A DNA stretch of 63,638 nt, filler included, from Choristocarpus tenellus KU-1152 (lineage: Eukaryota; Protista; Phaeophyceae), in the NCBI GenBank assembly GCA_964200185.2. It is 12 parts of 12 records of this genome, joined end to end, with 100 filler letters (N's around TTAATTAATTAA, not from the genome) between each part and the next. Parts side by side here need not be neighbours in the genome. Positions count along the whole stretch, not along the records: positions 10,380 to 13,648 come from CAXNAD020021146.1; positions 13,749 to 30,611 come from CAXNAD020000751.1; 10 more parts are not named here. One strand, written 5' to 3'. Positions 12,695 through 25,900 of the stretch are shown here, piece after piece. The position numbers and the translations under genes are program-made. How positions within the stretch are numbered: position 1 is the stretch's first letter; each line of letters opens with the position of its first letter. The notes beneath the pieces were generated by a model. It made no database searches and had not been told where the DNA came from. It saw only the letters and a list, made by a program, of their open reading frames with translations.

Positions 12695-12929
12695 CGGAAT
12701 CCTCGACATATCTTTTTTCTTGAGATGTATTTGCACACTGAGGTGTAGTTACTCCATATATATTTATATATTGTATGTTTTATGTGTGTTACATGATTCG
12801 TGTGTTCCGTTTATCCTGTATGTAGATTGGATTGCCTGCTCATATATTCTCATTCATTCCCGCTATTCCCATGATATAATACAGGGGCATGGAGAGTGTA
12901 CATAGAAATTGGTTTGTGGTAAAGTAAGG

Positions 12930-13590
12930 CCTCCATCAGCGTATGTTGTTGGCCCCACCCTGTTCAATGCGTCTTCTTTCACTACAGTGCTAAGACTTAT
13001 AGTTAGGGAAGGACACCTCGGACCCAGCTATCTCTAAGGGTGTTACTGAAATCAAAAGAGATGTGAGAAACAACCGAGTCAGAGAAGAAGTGCAGTAACA
13101 CTTGAGCGGCTTTTTCTGGGGTGTGCTCTACAATATGTTGACAATGCAGGTATTGTGTACAAAATCCAAGGAAGTAATTGGCTAGGATTATGACAGTGAT
13201 TGCTAAGGTGACCAGATCATTTGGGCTGACCATGTCTGAGTTGAAGAAGGAGACCATGAGCCTTCAGCTTCACAACAAGGCTGCACATCATGCAAACCTG
13301 GGCTTTGAGCCAGCACTACAAGCAGAAGTTAGTGAAATAATTAACGATAAAACTGGTGTCATCACTAAGATCAGTGAACAGCATAAATATTAGGACTGTT
13401 TTCTCAAGTGCATCACTTAAGCTCAAGATTTTAATGTTCAAGCGTGATGTACTTGAGGACCTTACGACAAAAGCAATGGCCAAGTCGCTGTATGGAGCTT
13501 CCCTCACACCACCACAAATTCCTCCTACACTGTATCAAACTTCACAAATGGTAACCTACTGATCGCACACCATCCTAATAGTACAAAGAT
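12930..13590 (+). mobile_element. Decayed non-LTR retrotransposon (RTE-like LINE) RT fragment
   Basis: APTLFN-like motif, LARIMTVIAKVTRSFGLTMS..KKETM and LKILMFKRDVLE, with frameshifts. Confidence 0.65.
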
Positions 13591-13608
13591 ACCCTTGTGA
13601 CGACTAGA

Positions 13609-13648
13609 GGGTCAAGTTATCTGGGGGGGGGGGGGGGGGGGATGGAGG
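13609..13648. mobile_element. Family B terminus running into a G-tract at the contig end
   Basis: GGGTCAAGTTATCTGGGG... Confidence 0.6.
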
Positions 13649-13782
13649 NNNNNNNNNNNNNNNNNNNNNNNNNNNNNNNNNNNNNNNNNNNNTTAATTAA
13701 TTAANNNNNNNNNNNNNNNNNNNNNNNNNNNNNNNNNNNNNNNNNNNNTTTCTTGTGGGGTTTTTGGTGGGTTTTAAAAGTG

Positions 13783-13966
13783 TGGGGGGGGAAGGGGGGG
13801 GGGGGGGGGGGGGGGTCTACACCAGGGTGTCCATTCGAGCCTTTACCAGGAGAAGTGCACTTATATTATCCATCTAGCGCATGCAACCAAATTCACCCAA
13901 AAATCGCGACATGGAAAAATGGGCCCCGAATGGACAGTTGCCACCCCCCCCCAGATACTTTGAACC
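13783..13966 (+). mobile_element. MITE family B copy (left end lost in the G-tract)
   Basis: G-run, then TCTACACCAGGGTGTCCATT...AATGGACAG..CCCAGATACTTTGAACC. Confidence 0.85.
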
Positions 13967-14823
13967 AAATTATATCCAATCCCACTGTGTATGTAAGGCA
14001 GGGGAATATCTTATGTGACCTTAACGTGGTGTCTTGCTCTGCTGGGGAGGACATCCATCGCCTTGTATATTCGATTGATTGAAGATGGTTGATTTTGTCA
14101 CCACAATGGTCAGCATCCATGTTGATGATGTGATGGCGTTGGTCACTCCAGGTAATTACGATAACCTCAGCAACTAAGGAGTTGGCCTAGATTTGGAGAG
14201 GTATGCAGACGGTGATTTGCATATCAGTGAGTTCTTTGATAGGTGTTTGGTATCTAGTGAGGCATTTATGCGTGGAGGTGTTGCAGTGCCTTTGTTTTTC
14301 TAGAACCTCATGTGTAGCTACTTTTCCTACCTCTATAGCCATCCGGAGACCATGTAAGAAATGCAATGATTCTAAAAAGGGGTGTTTTGGAGTTCCTACC
14401 GCCTCAACGCACTACTGGCTCATATTACACTGTGCATGAAGACAATCCAAGGTCTATCCGATTAACCAACAGCCTCTAAGTTCGGGAAGATAAAAAAACA
14501 CATAGATAGTACCTACTGTGAGGGCCATCTTCCAAAGAAGGTATACCCTGAAGGTAACCTATCTTGAAGAATCTGATACTCGTATGACATTTGTTCTTGC
14601 ATGTTGAAGGTAAAATCTAGTTGAAGTAAGAGTGTGTGATTTGAGGGGGGGCCTTGCAGATCCCCCTCATTCAGTTGCCACTTGTTCACTCCTTTCCCGA
14701 GTGGTCTTCTGAGGGATTGCTCTCCCTCTTGACTTATCTCTCTCCTTCTCCTTGCCTCCTGTGGGTCTTCCCGTTACCCTTCATTACGAAGAACCTGTCG
14801 GCTTGTTTCCATCTATTTCCCAG

Positions 14824-14874
14824 TGGCGACAACGGCAGGACTCGAACCTGCGTGCGGTAACCGCAATTGATTTC
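14824..14874 (-). pseudogene. 3' half of tRNA-Ser (class II) with encoded CCA; PBS-like on the + strand
   Basis: Minus strand reads GAAATCAAT-TGCGGTTACCGCA (variable arm)-C-GCAGGTTCGAGTCCTGC (T arm)-CGTTGTC-G-CCA; G discriminator; no 5' half adjacent. Confidence 0.8.
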
Positions 14875-16929
14875 CAAGCAAGAGCGCAAGTTATGTGAAC
14901 ATATCCCTCCTCTAACCCATCTCTAAAGTGTCTGTGGGTATAATAATATATGTGATTAAGTTATTGGATAACACTGCTTGCTTCCTACGTTATTGGGCAT
15001 TAACCCCCTCCCAGAGTGGTTTTCATGGCATGCGTGCATAGGAGGGAGAGGTGAGAACTACACATTCAATCGTGCATGGTGCGACCAGTGTGACCTTGGT
15101 GTGCGTGGGAGAGAGAGTTAATGGCGTCAATAGTACGTCGAAGTTGGCCGTGGCCATATGTGTTAGTCTCTGAGTTTGTGTTGGTATTTGATTTTGTGAC
15201 CACATGGAGACGAAACCACATCTATCTGAGCTAACTACTTATTCTACTGCTTGTCATATATATATGTGTGGGGTGCATACCCTATTGTTCTATCATAGGT
15301 AACTCATAGCATGTGGCAAACCATGATATGGGGGCTTGACTGCTCTTTCTCAGCTCTCTATAACCTCCTGTGTTGTTTATCTCTGTAGATGGTGCTGACC
15401 AACACGGAATGGTTGCTAAAATTTGAATACACTCTTCTAATATATACTTGGGTTAGCATACCCCGGCTCCATGTCGTCGTGACCGGATTGCAGCTCGGCC
15501 ATCTCAGATATGCAACTGCCCCGCTCACCCCCCCAAAACACTTAATATGTTATTTGTGTACAAAGTACGACATGCACTACAATAGTTGTGGAATCATATT
15601 CTTCCCAGAAGACGCGAGATGAAAGACATTGAGGAGATGAGCAGCTGTTCTTGACAGAAGATGAGCCCCAAGACAATACAATGCTGAACACAGTTGATAA
15701 TTGATAGCATTGCTCAGGAACAGTCATATCTGGGGACGATTGCTCCGCAACACGTGCATTCATTGTCCATGTACACCCACCTCTATATGCTCTACATCAT
15801 CAATTGTCTAGTGATAGGCTTGTGCCAAACATAGGCTGTCATGTAGACACTTGATCTCATCTCCTCTCTACTTTCAATGCCTAGCAAACGTTCAGCATTG
15901 TTTCGTAGCATTAATTTTCCAGCAAATGCTTGGAGCAATTTGCTTTATAGCATCCATTGTCTTGGAGGACACTTCAAGTCATTTCATGTTCAACATCTGT
16001 TTTTCGGGAAAAGGTTGAGCCCATTTCAGTCTGTATCCTCGGTTGTCCAGCAAACTCCCCGATCAATTAACCGTGTTAAACTATATTTTCCAGAAAATTC
16101 CTTTGTCACATGTACACTAAAGCGTTTAGTTGTGTTATACACATACTCTTTTGGCGAAGTTATTACTACTACTAATAAACCTCTTTGAACAAAGAGTTTC
16201 TTCCCTTTTTCTCACGCTCTCTGAAGGCCTTAGAAAATGTGTTAGTAATTTAGGGTTGTGTTGGATAGTGACCACAAAAAATATTCATCAACCTGCCTTC
16301 CCTCTCATCTTATTCAATGCTGGGGCACATTGCAGTCTTTTTGTTCATCTACCTACCAGGTGATCCCAAGACTTGTCACATTCTTATCATGTCAAGATGT
16401 ATGTATTAATCACTATACACTACTGGGCCATCTGTGCAGTATGCACCACCAGGTCACACTGTCAAGAGCCACTGAATGTGCATAGCAGTCAAGGATTCTC
16501 AAGGTGGGAAGTAGAGCAGTAGCACCACAACAGTATCTTCTACACCAAGTACCATTTGGCTTCTCTCTATTTTGTACCACCAATACTGGCAGTGGGTACC
16601 CCACCTTGATACACAACAAAATCGAAAGTTGAGTACACTACCAATTTTTGGGTGCTTGATTCTACAGTAGTCTCAACACCAAAAAAAGGAATACTATAGG
16701 AATATAATGCGTATTCAATCCTTAATATAAATCAATTAAAATTGCATCAAGTCAAAATCTAAGAGAGCCATCACACCAATTTCATGCTATATTAACGCAA
16801 ACATCAATCTCGATTACTTCAATGTGCAACACTACAACATACTCTTGACTTACTTATCCTGCAAAGCCCTTCAACAATCCATCCTGAACCCCTAAGCTGT
16901 CTAGCACTAATGATCAAAGAAAGTACTCC

Positions 16930-19666
16930 TTAGCTGAGCACATTAGTAAATGTCTCAAGTACACTAACTGCTGCACCAAGTGCCCCCATGACCACTCCTG
17001 TCACCACTATGGCATGGTTGGCCAAGAACTCTCCTCTAAGCCCAGCCCTCCCTGCTAGACGCAGGGCACCTGATGCAATCCTCCGGCGGAGGGGTTGGAT
17101 GAACATGAGGGCAGGGAAGACGTAGATGATCCCAGAGGCAACTAGGGCTCCCCCAAAAGAGTTCACAAAGCCAAGGTCAGTCAAAAAGAGCGACACGGTG
17201 CTTACAAACGCCAGGAGTCCAATGGTCCATGCCGACCGTCCCTTCTCGGAGGGTACCATTGGATTACTCCCACCTCCAGCCAACATTTCCCGGATACCAT
17301 CCCGGAGCCCGACAAAGCAGAGCGGATATGAGAACACAATGCTGGTTGCCACAAAAAGACGGGCTATCCCAGCAAGGCGGTCACTTGTGGAGTAGTTGTT
17401 GAGGATGAAGCCTGCTGTGGATCCTCCAAAAGTGAGGAACCCAAAGGCAGTGATAGCTGTCATTGTGACTATGGCGACAAGAAAGCTGCTGCCAACCACC
17501 GTATTGTAGCGGGGGAGGGTGTTGTTCTTGAGTTCCTTATAGAAGAGAGGGGCATTGAAGTGTGCTTCATATGCCGTTGACAACATGGAGACTAACACCT
17601 AATGGTTAACCACATGTGCAGAGGGCAATGAGGGGATCAAGCATAGATTAGAGGTACAGCACGAATAATAGACTTGTGTTTTTGCCCTGCTTGAGCAAGA
17701 ATACAACTATTCTAGAACCTGAGGATGATTAGGGGAGCACAATTTCAATCACTTGGGATCTCTTTTGTCCAACATACCAGAAAACGCAGGGGGCTTGAAG
17801 GCTTGGTTCCAAAGACTGGGATGTTCTCTAAGGGAAGCATTCCATGGAACTTGCCCCCCACGGCATAGCTTCCATCAAAGAAGCGGACAGCCATCATGAC
17901 TGCCGTGTAGAGCAGCCCTAGGCTCCCAAGCATACTGGTGAACCCGAGAGACTTGAGGTCTAAAGAGGAACAACAAAAACGCCAAGGAGTGAACAAGGTG
18001 TAGGAAAGAGGTGAGGGGCAAAAGTGAAAACCCAGAGGATTTTCAGGCAGAAAACGTGGCTCAAGGAGCATGTAGTAAACTGTCACTAGCACATACCTGG
18101 TCTTTCTCTATTTCTGAAGACCTTTGTCAAAGATGAATTGATAATCAGGACGAAAGACACAGAACAAACAGAAAATGAGAGATCCCACTTAAACTCACTC
18201 TTGAGGAGGGAGAGGGGCAGCAGGACCAGGGCAGTCAAAGTCAAGATGATGTTGGTCCTTGATGAGATGAAGGCCGGGGCACCAGCCCCCTGCAAGAGCG
18301 CTGAAAAGCTGTCTCCAATGATCAGGGTATATGCCAGGCAGCCTGCAAAGCATGTAGCCACACAGGCTCCTGCCGGCAACCAAGAGCTTTTCTCCCCTAC
18401 ACTGCGTGCCCAGGACTGCTCGTAAGACTCAGCCTTACTCTCAGCACAAGAGCGGCCAATGAGGCTGAAAGTGTAGGCAGACAGGGCACCAAGGATGGCA
18501 ACAATTGCCCCTGCAGGTACAACAGCATTTCTGTCCCAAAAGGCAGGGATGTAGTAAAAGAGGTAAAAAATATCATTTTGGGCTGGGGCTTATGTAGCTG
18601 GTTTATCAGTTTAAACCTTGAATATCAAGGTTTTTGTACCACTGAAGAGTGCACGAAAATAGTTCGGTTCATGATACTCTTTGCCGCACAGTCAGTTACC
18701 TTGAGTCAGAGAATGCTGCAACACCACTGGGCAGAGACAGCATGCCAGCACCCATGACGTTCTTCACAAGGTTGAAAATGGACTGTGCCATTGTGGACTT
18801 GTCCTCCTCTTCATCAAAGGCCTGAGATCCAAAGGAGCAGTATGAAGATACGATGAAACATCTACAAACATTCAAAGTGGATGCGAGGGAGGAGATCGGT
18901 TGCACTCACGCTTCGGAAATTGTCGCCCGAAAGCTGAGACTGACAATACGCCAACAGCATGGATGAAAACCCATTCATACCCCCTAATTCCTCTGTCCAT
19001 CTACACGCAATACACGTACCTCTACCATACACCTTCACCTTCACCTGTTCGTTGCAGATGAGCACACGAGCAGATCATTTGCGATAATGATTCCACTTCA
19101 ATAGCGGCTGCATTGGTCCCTCTACGGTAAATTCTATATCAAAGGAGGACTTCCACACACGAGCATTGTCAGCATACTGCAGGTCACGCTACATTTTTGT
19201 TCAAGCAAGAGCTGAGGGATGACCTATTTAAACCATGGATCAGTCGGATAGAGAAACAGCAAATCCAGCCGTCTTTGATAGGATACACCACACCATTGTG
19301 CATACAATATAACAGGACGCAATCAGAACTGGGGGCACTAGCACGCGGACAGTGACAAATGTAAGGATTAACTGGTACAGCTCTACCAGAATTCCTGCCA
19401 TGTGCAACCCATACCTGAACGCTTCCACCACCCGTTCCCCCTCCAGACATGCTACAAACTGTGCTAGCACTTCTTTTTCTTGACATTGCACTGCGGGAAG
19501 TAAGCGGGATCTTCAGAGAGCTATGGCCACTAAGTACTTTCTGAGGTCTCCCGTTCCTTGGATGCCTTTGAGTTAAGGTGAAAGCGTCCGCATGAATCAT
19601 TGCGCACAGTAATGCGAGAGCCAGTAGCTGGCTAACTCGCAGGACTCGATTCCCATTTGCCCCCAT
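16930..19666 (-). CDS. Amino acid transporter (Aa_trans / SLC38-AVT family) with a predicted bipartite plastid-targeting presequence; exons 19666-19415, 18821-18700, 18530-18199, 17959-17778, 17598-16930 (518 aa)
   Basis: All junctions are GT-AG and in phase (1557 nt); motifs SIFNLVKNVMGAGMLSLP, YTLIIGD, AYEAHFNAP, GFLTFG, SIVFSYPL; N-terminal signal peptide followed by ADA-F. Confidence 0.92.
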
Positions 19667-19927
19667 CTTCGTTTTAAGGTCCAATAGGGTACTCTCTTAA
19701 CCACTAAGGAGTGCAAACAACTAAATCCTACCTTCTCCTATTTTTGTGGGTGAGGGTGGTGAGGTTTGATAGTATCATCACGCTACTCTAAGGTGTTGAA
19801 CACCCTAACTGAAACTGTTGTGTTATTATGACAATCAAATGGATTTCTAGTGTTGACAGAACTACATCATGGGATCACCACAACAAACTGGAGAACATGG
19901 TGGGATCACCACTATTGAAAGGAGCAC
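19667..19927. promoter_or_regulatory. Probable bidirectional promoter
   Basis: About 260 bp between two divergent ATGs; contains a duplicated TGGGATCACCAC motif. Confidence 0.5.
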
Positions 19928-22900
19928 ATGACGGGAATGGCATCTGACGATGTGCGGACAAGCAATCTAGTTGTTGCAGAGAGTGAAGGTGACCCCCTCC
20001 CACCTTCACAAGCTCCCAGTCGCGTTGGTTAACGTGCTCGACGATCTCCGTCATTTCCTAATCTTACCCTCATCTCTACTCAGTTGCTGTAACGTACTCA
20101 ACCTACCACAGATGTCATCACAGTCAATACGGAAGATGCCCAAAATGTGGTGGACAACATCGATATCATTATTTCATCGTTGTGCAAGGCTGGCGTGCCC
20201 CGAAGCGAGCTTCAGCACTTCAAGTGCGTTGTGAAAGAGGCTACTCGGACCCATCCCAATATAATCCCAGATGACTCGCTTCCACACTCCGAACCGGGTC
20301 TGATATTTGAAGGGCCATTGAGTAAGCTCGAGCAGGGGTACCATGGGTTTGCTCCAATCTGGAAGCCTCGCTGGACCAAGATTCTCATTGGAGAGATAAA
20401 ATTCTACAGTTCAAAAACACGACCAGATCCCCACCAACGCTGTGCGTTCAGTCTTCCATTGAGTGTACAACAGACAAGTTTGGACATTGGTAAGAGCTAG
20501 TTTCAATATTGCTTATCCTCTTTCTATGTAATTTCGACTCATGACTATTGACCTTACGCCCAGGTATTTCATCATTCCGCAACCTACAGGGCAGAATTCG
20601 TAGCTCTGCAGAATTTTGGATCATCATCAATAGTTTTTCGACAAGTACTTTGTACAAATAAGTCAAAGGCTGGAGAATTGCCACTACATAATACAAATTC
20701 AGTTTTTTTTTAAAGTTTGAACGATTTTTGTGAAGCACTACAAGGTACATTGAGCCCATCTCAGATTCGATCGACCCATAGTGTAGTGGGTCCAATACTT
20801 CAGGGTAGTTCATGCAGGTAGAGTGGTGTGGATGATTAGGCGATACTTTTGCTGCCACCTACCTCTTCAAACTTCTTCGTTCCCCTTGCTTTTGTGAAAC
20901 CTCAACTGGGTCTGTTATAGGGGGGTGCTGCGCATCCTGTTGAAGTTGGCTCGGGAAAAATTGGTTGATGATTATATTCAACGAACAATATTTTCCCTTC
21001 TATATCTGGTGCAATAATCTGATTGGCTATGTTGAAGTCTATGCATGCCCACTAGATACAATTCTCTCACTATATCTCCATGCTCTATCGTAGTATTATA
21101 TTATACTCTTTGCCACAACAATGTGAGTTCAAACCTTCAAAATGAGCTCATAGGTTTACAAGGCACCTTGAGTTTGGTGTACTCTTCTTGTTCACCTTAA
21201 TCTATTATACTAGAATTAGCTAACAACCCAAGGTGTTTGTTGGCATACAGGAAATGAGCTACTATGCAGTAAGCTGAAGAAAGATTGCATCTTTATGGTG
21301 CGAAGTGTTGATGGCGTTGGGGGGCCTGTGCGCTGTGTCACCCTGGCAACCAAGGATGAAAATAGCCAGAACCAGTGGTATTCTGCTATTGAGAAGGTAC
21401 AAGGTTTCTTTGGAGGTCCAATCATCACCAATAACCACAGCGAAGATTATCCAGAGATAGGTGTTTTGTAAATGATTACTGGCAGCAGCTTCTTACTCAA
21501 AACTTTCAGTGTTGAGGTCTCAATGTCCAAGTCTAGTCATATTCTGCCCTTTGCTATATCTGAAGGATGAGCATCCTGTTGCACCACTTTTAGTTTATGC
21601 CAGCTAACAGGCATCAACTAAGGCTCCTTGTGGTTACTAAGCTCTCCCAACTATGAAATCAGGGTGGTCTTGGGCAACACCCCTCAGTTGAGAACACCAC
21701 CATGGTATATTAATGTAGACACCTACACATGTGCACACAGGCCCTTTCACCAAATGGTAAAATGCTCAAGGCCAGTATCTTCAAGGCATGCCAGCTGGGG
21801 GATATTTTGCGTGTCAAGGAGCTTATTGCAGAGGGAACACCAATCAACTGCACGAACCTATATGGCTGTGTTCCTCTACACTATGCTGCAAGGAATGCAG
21901 CAGAATATGCCGTACTGGTAGCGAAAGGTGGAATGGAAGAAGCAGGGGTGGAATCCAAGCAGGTAATAGGGCTTTGAATATGCTCTCTCCTATAGGAGAT
22001 ATCAACACCTACTCCAAAGAGTGCAGGACCCAACCAGTTACTATCAAGTACTCCCAAACACCCTTATTCTTTGCCTAGAAGTAGCTAGTCAGTGTAAAGC
22101 TAAAGCCCCCATCACAAGGGGGGCACAAGGGGTATGCCCAAACTCTGCTGCACTTCAAAGCACAAAATTTATTCACTTAGAATTGCAATGGCCATAGAAT
22201 ACAAAGGTCTTCCAATGCTGACTTCTTTCCTGAAATTGCACGAAACCTGATCGTTGCAGTGGGATTACTCCTGTTCTTGAACTGTAGGAAGAAAGTATGT
22301 TACCATTACTTTTCACTGGCATGGACCCTTGTACAAGGCCTCAAACTCTACTGTGCTTCAAAGCACTGAATTACTTTACATAGAATCGCAATGGCCATAG
22401 AATACAAAGTTCTTCCAATGTTGACTTCTTTCCTGAAATTGCATGAAACCTGATCGTTGCAGTTAGGATTGTTCCTGTTCTTGAACTGTAGGAAGAAAGT
22501 ATGTTACCATCGCTATTCACTGGCATGCACCACTGATGAGGTACCTCCTCATCAAACTGCAATGATAACTGCTACGTAACCATATACTACATAGTACAAA
22601 GGATCTAGCACACTACTTCTATTGATCTACATATGTATTTCCCTACTCTACAGATTTCCCATCCTTGGTCAATGTATGGCTTGAGTATGTCCCTTCCCTT
22701 TCTAGGACACTGCTTGGTCTTACAAGCCCACAAACAAATCTTGCACCAGGGAGTCCTGACAGGAGATATGACTGTGGAAGTCCTTGTTCAGATTATTGAT
22801 ATTTCTTCTCTTACTGTGGGTCTCCTCAACAATGTAGTTGTGCAGCCCCGTTGTATCCTAGAGGGTGGGGGGTGTTCAGCCTGGGTCGTCCATTCAGGGC

Positions 22901-25900
22901 GTGATGGTGTTGTAATACACCCTAGCTTGATTCGTGTTTTAAGGGTGATTCAAATTCGAATTTGGTAGAGCAGGGGGGATGGAAAGGGAGAGTGCATCCA
23001 GATAAAGGAAATTGCCCTCCTGACACGTTCCCTTGTAAGACATGAGAATCATTAAAGGCTGACAAAGGTCTCGAATGGATGCCTGACTTCCCCACTAGGT
23101 TACTATGAGCCGTATCATTGAGAGAAAGCCTTGTCTCTACAGAAGAGTGAGGTAGAGTAAACGAGATCTACCCAGGGTTGCCTATTAAGGATGCTGACAA
23201 ATGTGCAAAATAGAAACGTTTCTGAATCCTGTCGAAAAATTCAACAATGGAGAATAAGCACTCTCAAGTCAGTCTTAGCACTTCATCCACAGAAATAAGG
23301 ATAAATTGCAAAAGATTGAAAGAGTGGTTCAAAGGGCAATATAATCAAAACCTGGCTGCCTCTCATTTACTTTGGCTCAGTACCTTTTCCTGAGAGCAAT
23401 ATATTCAATCTTGGATTTCTCTCAGTGTCTGACCAGAATCGTGATTGCCAATCTGAAAACAACTCTGGTTGATTGGAGGGTATGGTAGTATAATGGGAAT
23501 ATTTTTCAATGCTACGCAAGCTGTGCACAGTTTCCCTTAGTCATACCTGCCCCAAAAACTCAACTCAGTCAAGATTTTTTACTCTGCAATAGAGAGTCAA
23601 AGTATCTTGGAGGGTAGAGCCACGTCCGTTTGGGGGTTAAAATCCAATGTCACGATTTTGATGTAATTTTAACAATCGTGTTTGTTAGGAAGTGCCAATA
23701 TCCTTGTTCTGGACACAACTTTTCATAACGTACACAATTTACCTACTCTGAAACTTTCTGGTGTAGAAAAAATGTAATAAAAAGTCCGTGGGAGACCAAG
23801 CCTCAAACAGACAAACAGGGCAAAACTCATACCCTCTAAGATACTTTCACTCAGATAAAGTAATTCAAGTACAGCCCCTGGTGACATCATGAACACTTGC
23901 TTATTATTGTCCCAGAGAGTGTATTCTTTCTTTCTTGCAGAGAGATATCATTATACTCTCAGAAGCCAATGAGTGAAAGTAACTCAGAGGGTATGAGTTT
24001 TTCCACGTTTGTCCATTTGGGGCTTGGCTTCTCTCGGGGTTTTATGACATTTTCCTGATCCAAAATATTTCGGAGTAGGTAAAATGTATATGTTATGAAA
24101 ATGTTTGTCCGGAACAAGGATACTGACATTTTCCTAACAAACACGATAGCCAAAATTACATCAAAATCACAATATTGGACTTTGGTCCCCAGATGGATGC
24201 GGCTCTACCCTCTAAGATATTTTGGCTCAATGACGAATCCCGTTCAGCACATGAACAAAGAGGGTTCCACTTCTTGTCAAGGACTCCATCACCTTACTTA
24301 CAACCTCCCTGCAACGGATATGATGATATATAATGTCTGTATATTATAGACATTTTCCTCATATGTTTACTTAAAGGCAAATATTTTCTTTGATCGACCT
24401 TGAGACACTTTTCCCAACACACATTGAACAGCTTCAAGCTCAGGAGGCCTTGCGTATTGTCGTCTATCTTATGTCTCATGGTGCTGACGCCTACATTGTC
24501 AACGATATCGGTGAAGACCCATTGAGCTTGGCTGCCCGGTGTACAGCTGAATTTCCAAGGGCACGCAAGCTCCTGGTCTCAATCCTGGATTCCAGCAGGT
24601 ACAAGGCAGACAAGGGCGCATTATATATTGAACCAGGAAATACTTGCCTTCCCAGTTTGGAGGAAGAGGGAGGAGTTGGGGGTCTTGCACCTGCCCCCCC
24701 GACTACAATCAGTGTCAGGGGTGTCGTGTATTCACCTTCAAGACAGAGGTGCAGGCAAGGCACAGAACAAGTAAGACAACGTGGCAGGATCATTTTCGTA
24801 GAAGGGGAGAAGAATACCCAGAAAGTGCATATCAAGATGAGCTTTGTCCCATGCTCATTCTGGGGTAATATTACCTGCCTTGTCAATGTCTTTCTCCATT
24901 CTCACATTTGAAGCTTTTATGCTCCCTGATGTTGTGAACTGTAGTAGGACGTTTCCTGTGAGAACGAGTAGGCAGTGGTTAATGCTGCCAGTTTGCGATC
25001 TATCCCCACCTGTTCAAGTTCCTTATGCAACTGTGGCATGTCCTTGTGGTTGACTTTCCTGTTGCACAAGAGAGGACCTGGAGACTGTGAAGCAGAAAAT
25101 AGACCTCTGAGGAACCTGTCCTCTGCCCAGTACTCGCAGAAAAGGAGCATTGTGGGATGGCGTGCTCCTAACCTCCTCAATAGCCCCAGTGTGGCCCCAC
25201 TACCTGTGGGAGACCACGAGAACATTCTGGGGGGCCCTCAGCACCGACTTGCTACTGCATTAACCTCAAAAGGCAATTCTTTGGAGAGGAAATGCCACAG
25301 GCTGCCTGACCTCCTTGGGACACAGAATACAGGTGGGCAGTGCGACAAGAAAAGCCATCGTTGTCTAGGTGGTAGGCTACCTAGTCATGAAGGCAACTAC
25401 AGGAACGGAGTATCAAGAGTAGAGAGGGGTGTAAGGAAGGTTCCAATTTCGGTGTTTTTCAAGGAATACAGACTAGGGAGGAACAGCTCTGTGCCAACCA
25501 AATGTTTGGGAAGGCAAATGGTGAAATCATTCCGTGGAAGAAGGCCTAAGAGCTGCCCTGAGCAACTCAGTCCGGAGGGTGGTGGAGGTAGAAGTCAAAG
25601 TGAGAGGGGAAGATTGGGGAGGCTGGGAGCAAAGAAAGGCCTTCACCCCAAAAGCTCACCGCTCAATCAGTCCATTAAGCAGAGAACCCAAGCAAAGACA
25701 TCTGCTACAAAATCAGAGTCACAACGAAATCAGAAGCACGAACAAAATGTCCCTAGTGTATCAGATATGGAGGCGCGAGCAATGATCTCGTCGTGGATTC
25801 GTGAAAATGCCAAGTTGGTGTCTATTCCGAAGATGGAGAGTTTCACTGAGGGTAGCCCACATGTTTCCTTTGGGAGTAGGGCCGAGATATATCAAGCCTT

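Noticed and set aside
14060-14330. SIHVDDVM as a Copia RT YVDD motif
   Set aside because: Plausible, but too little flanking similarity to support a feature.
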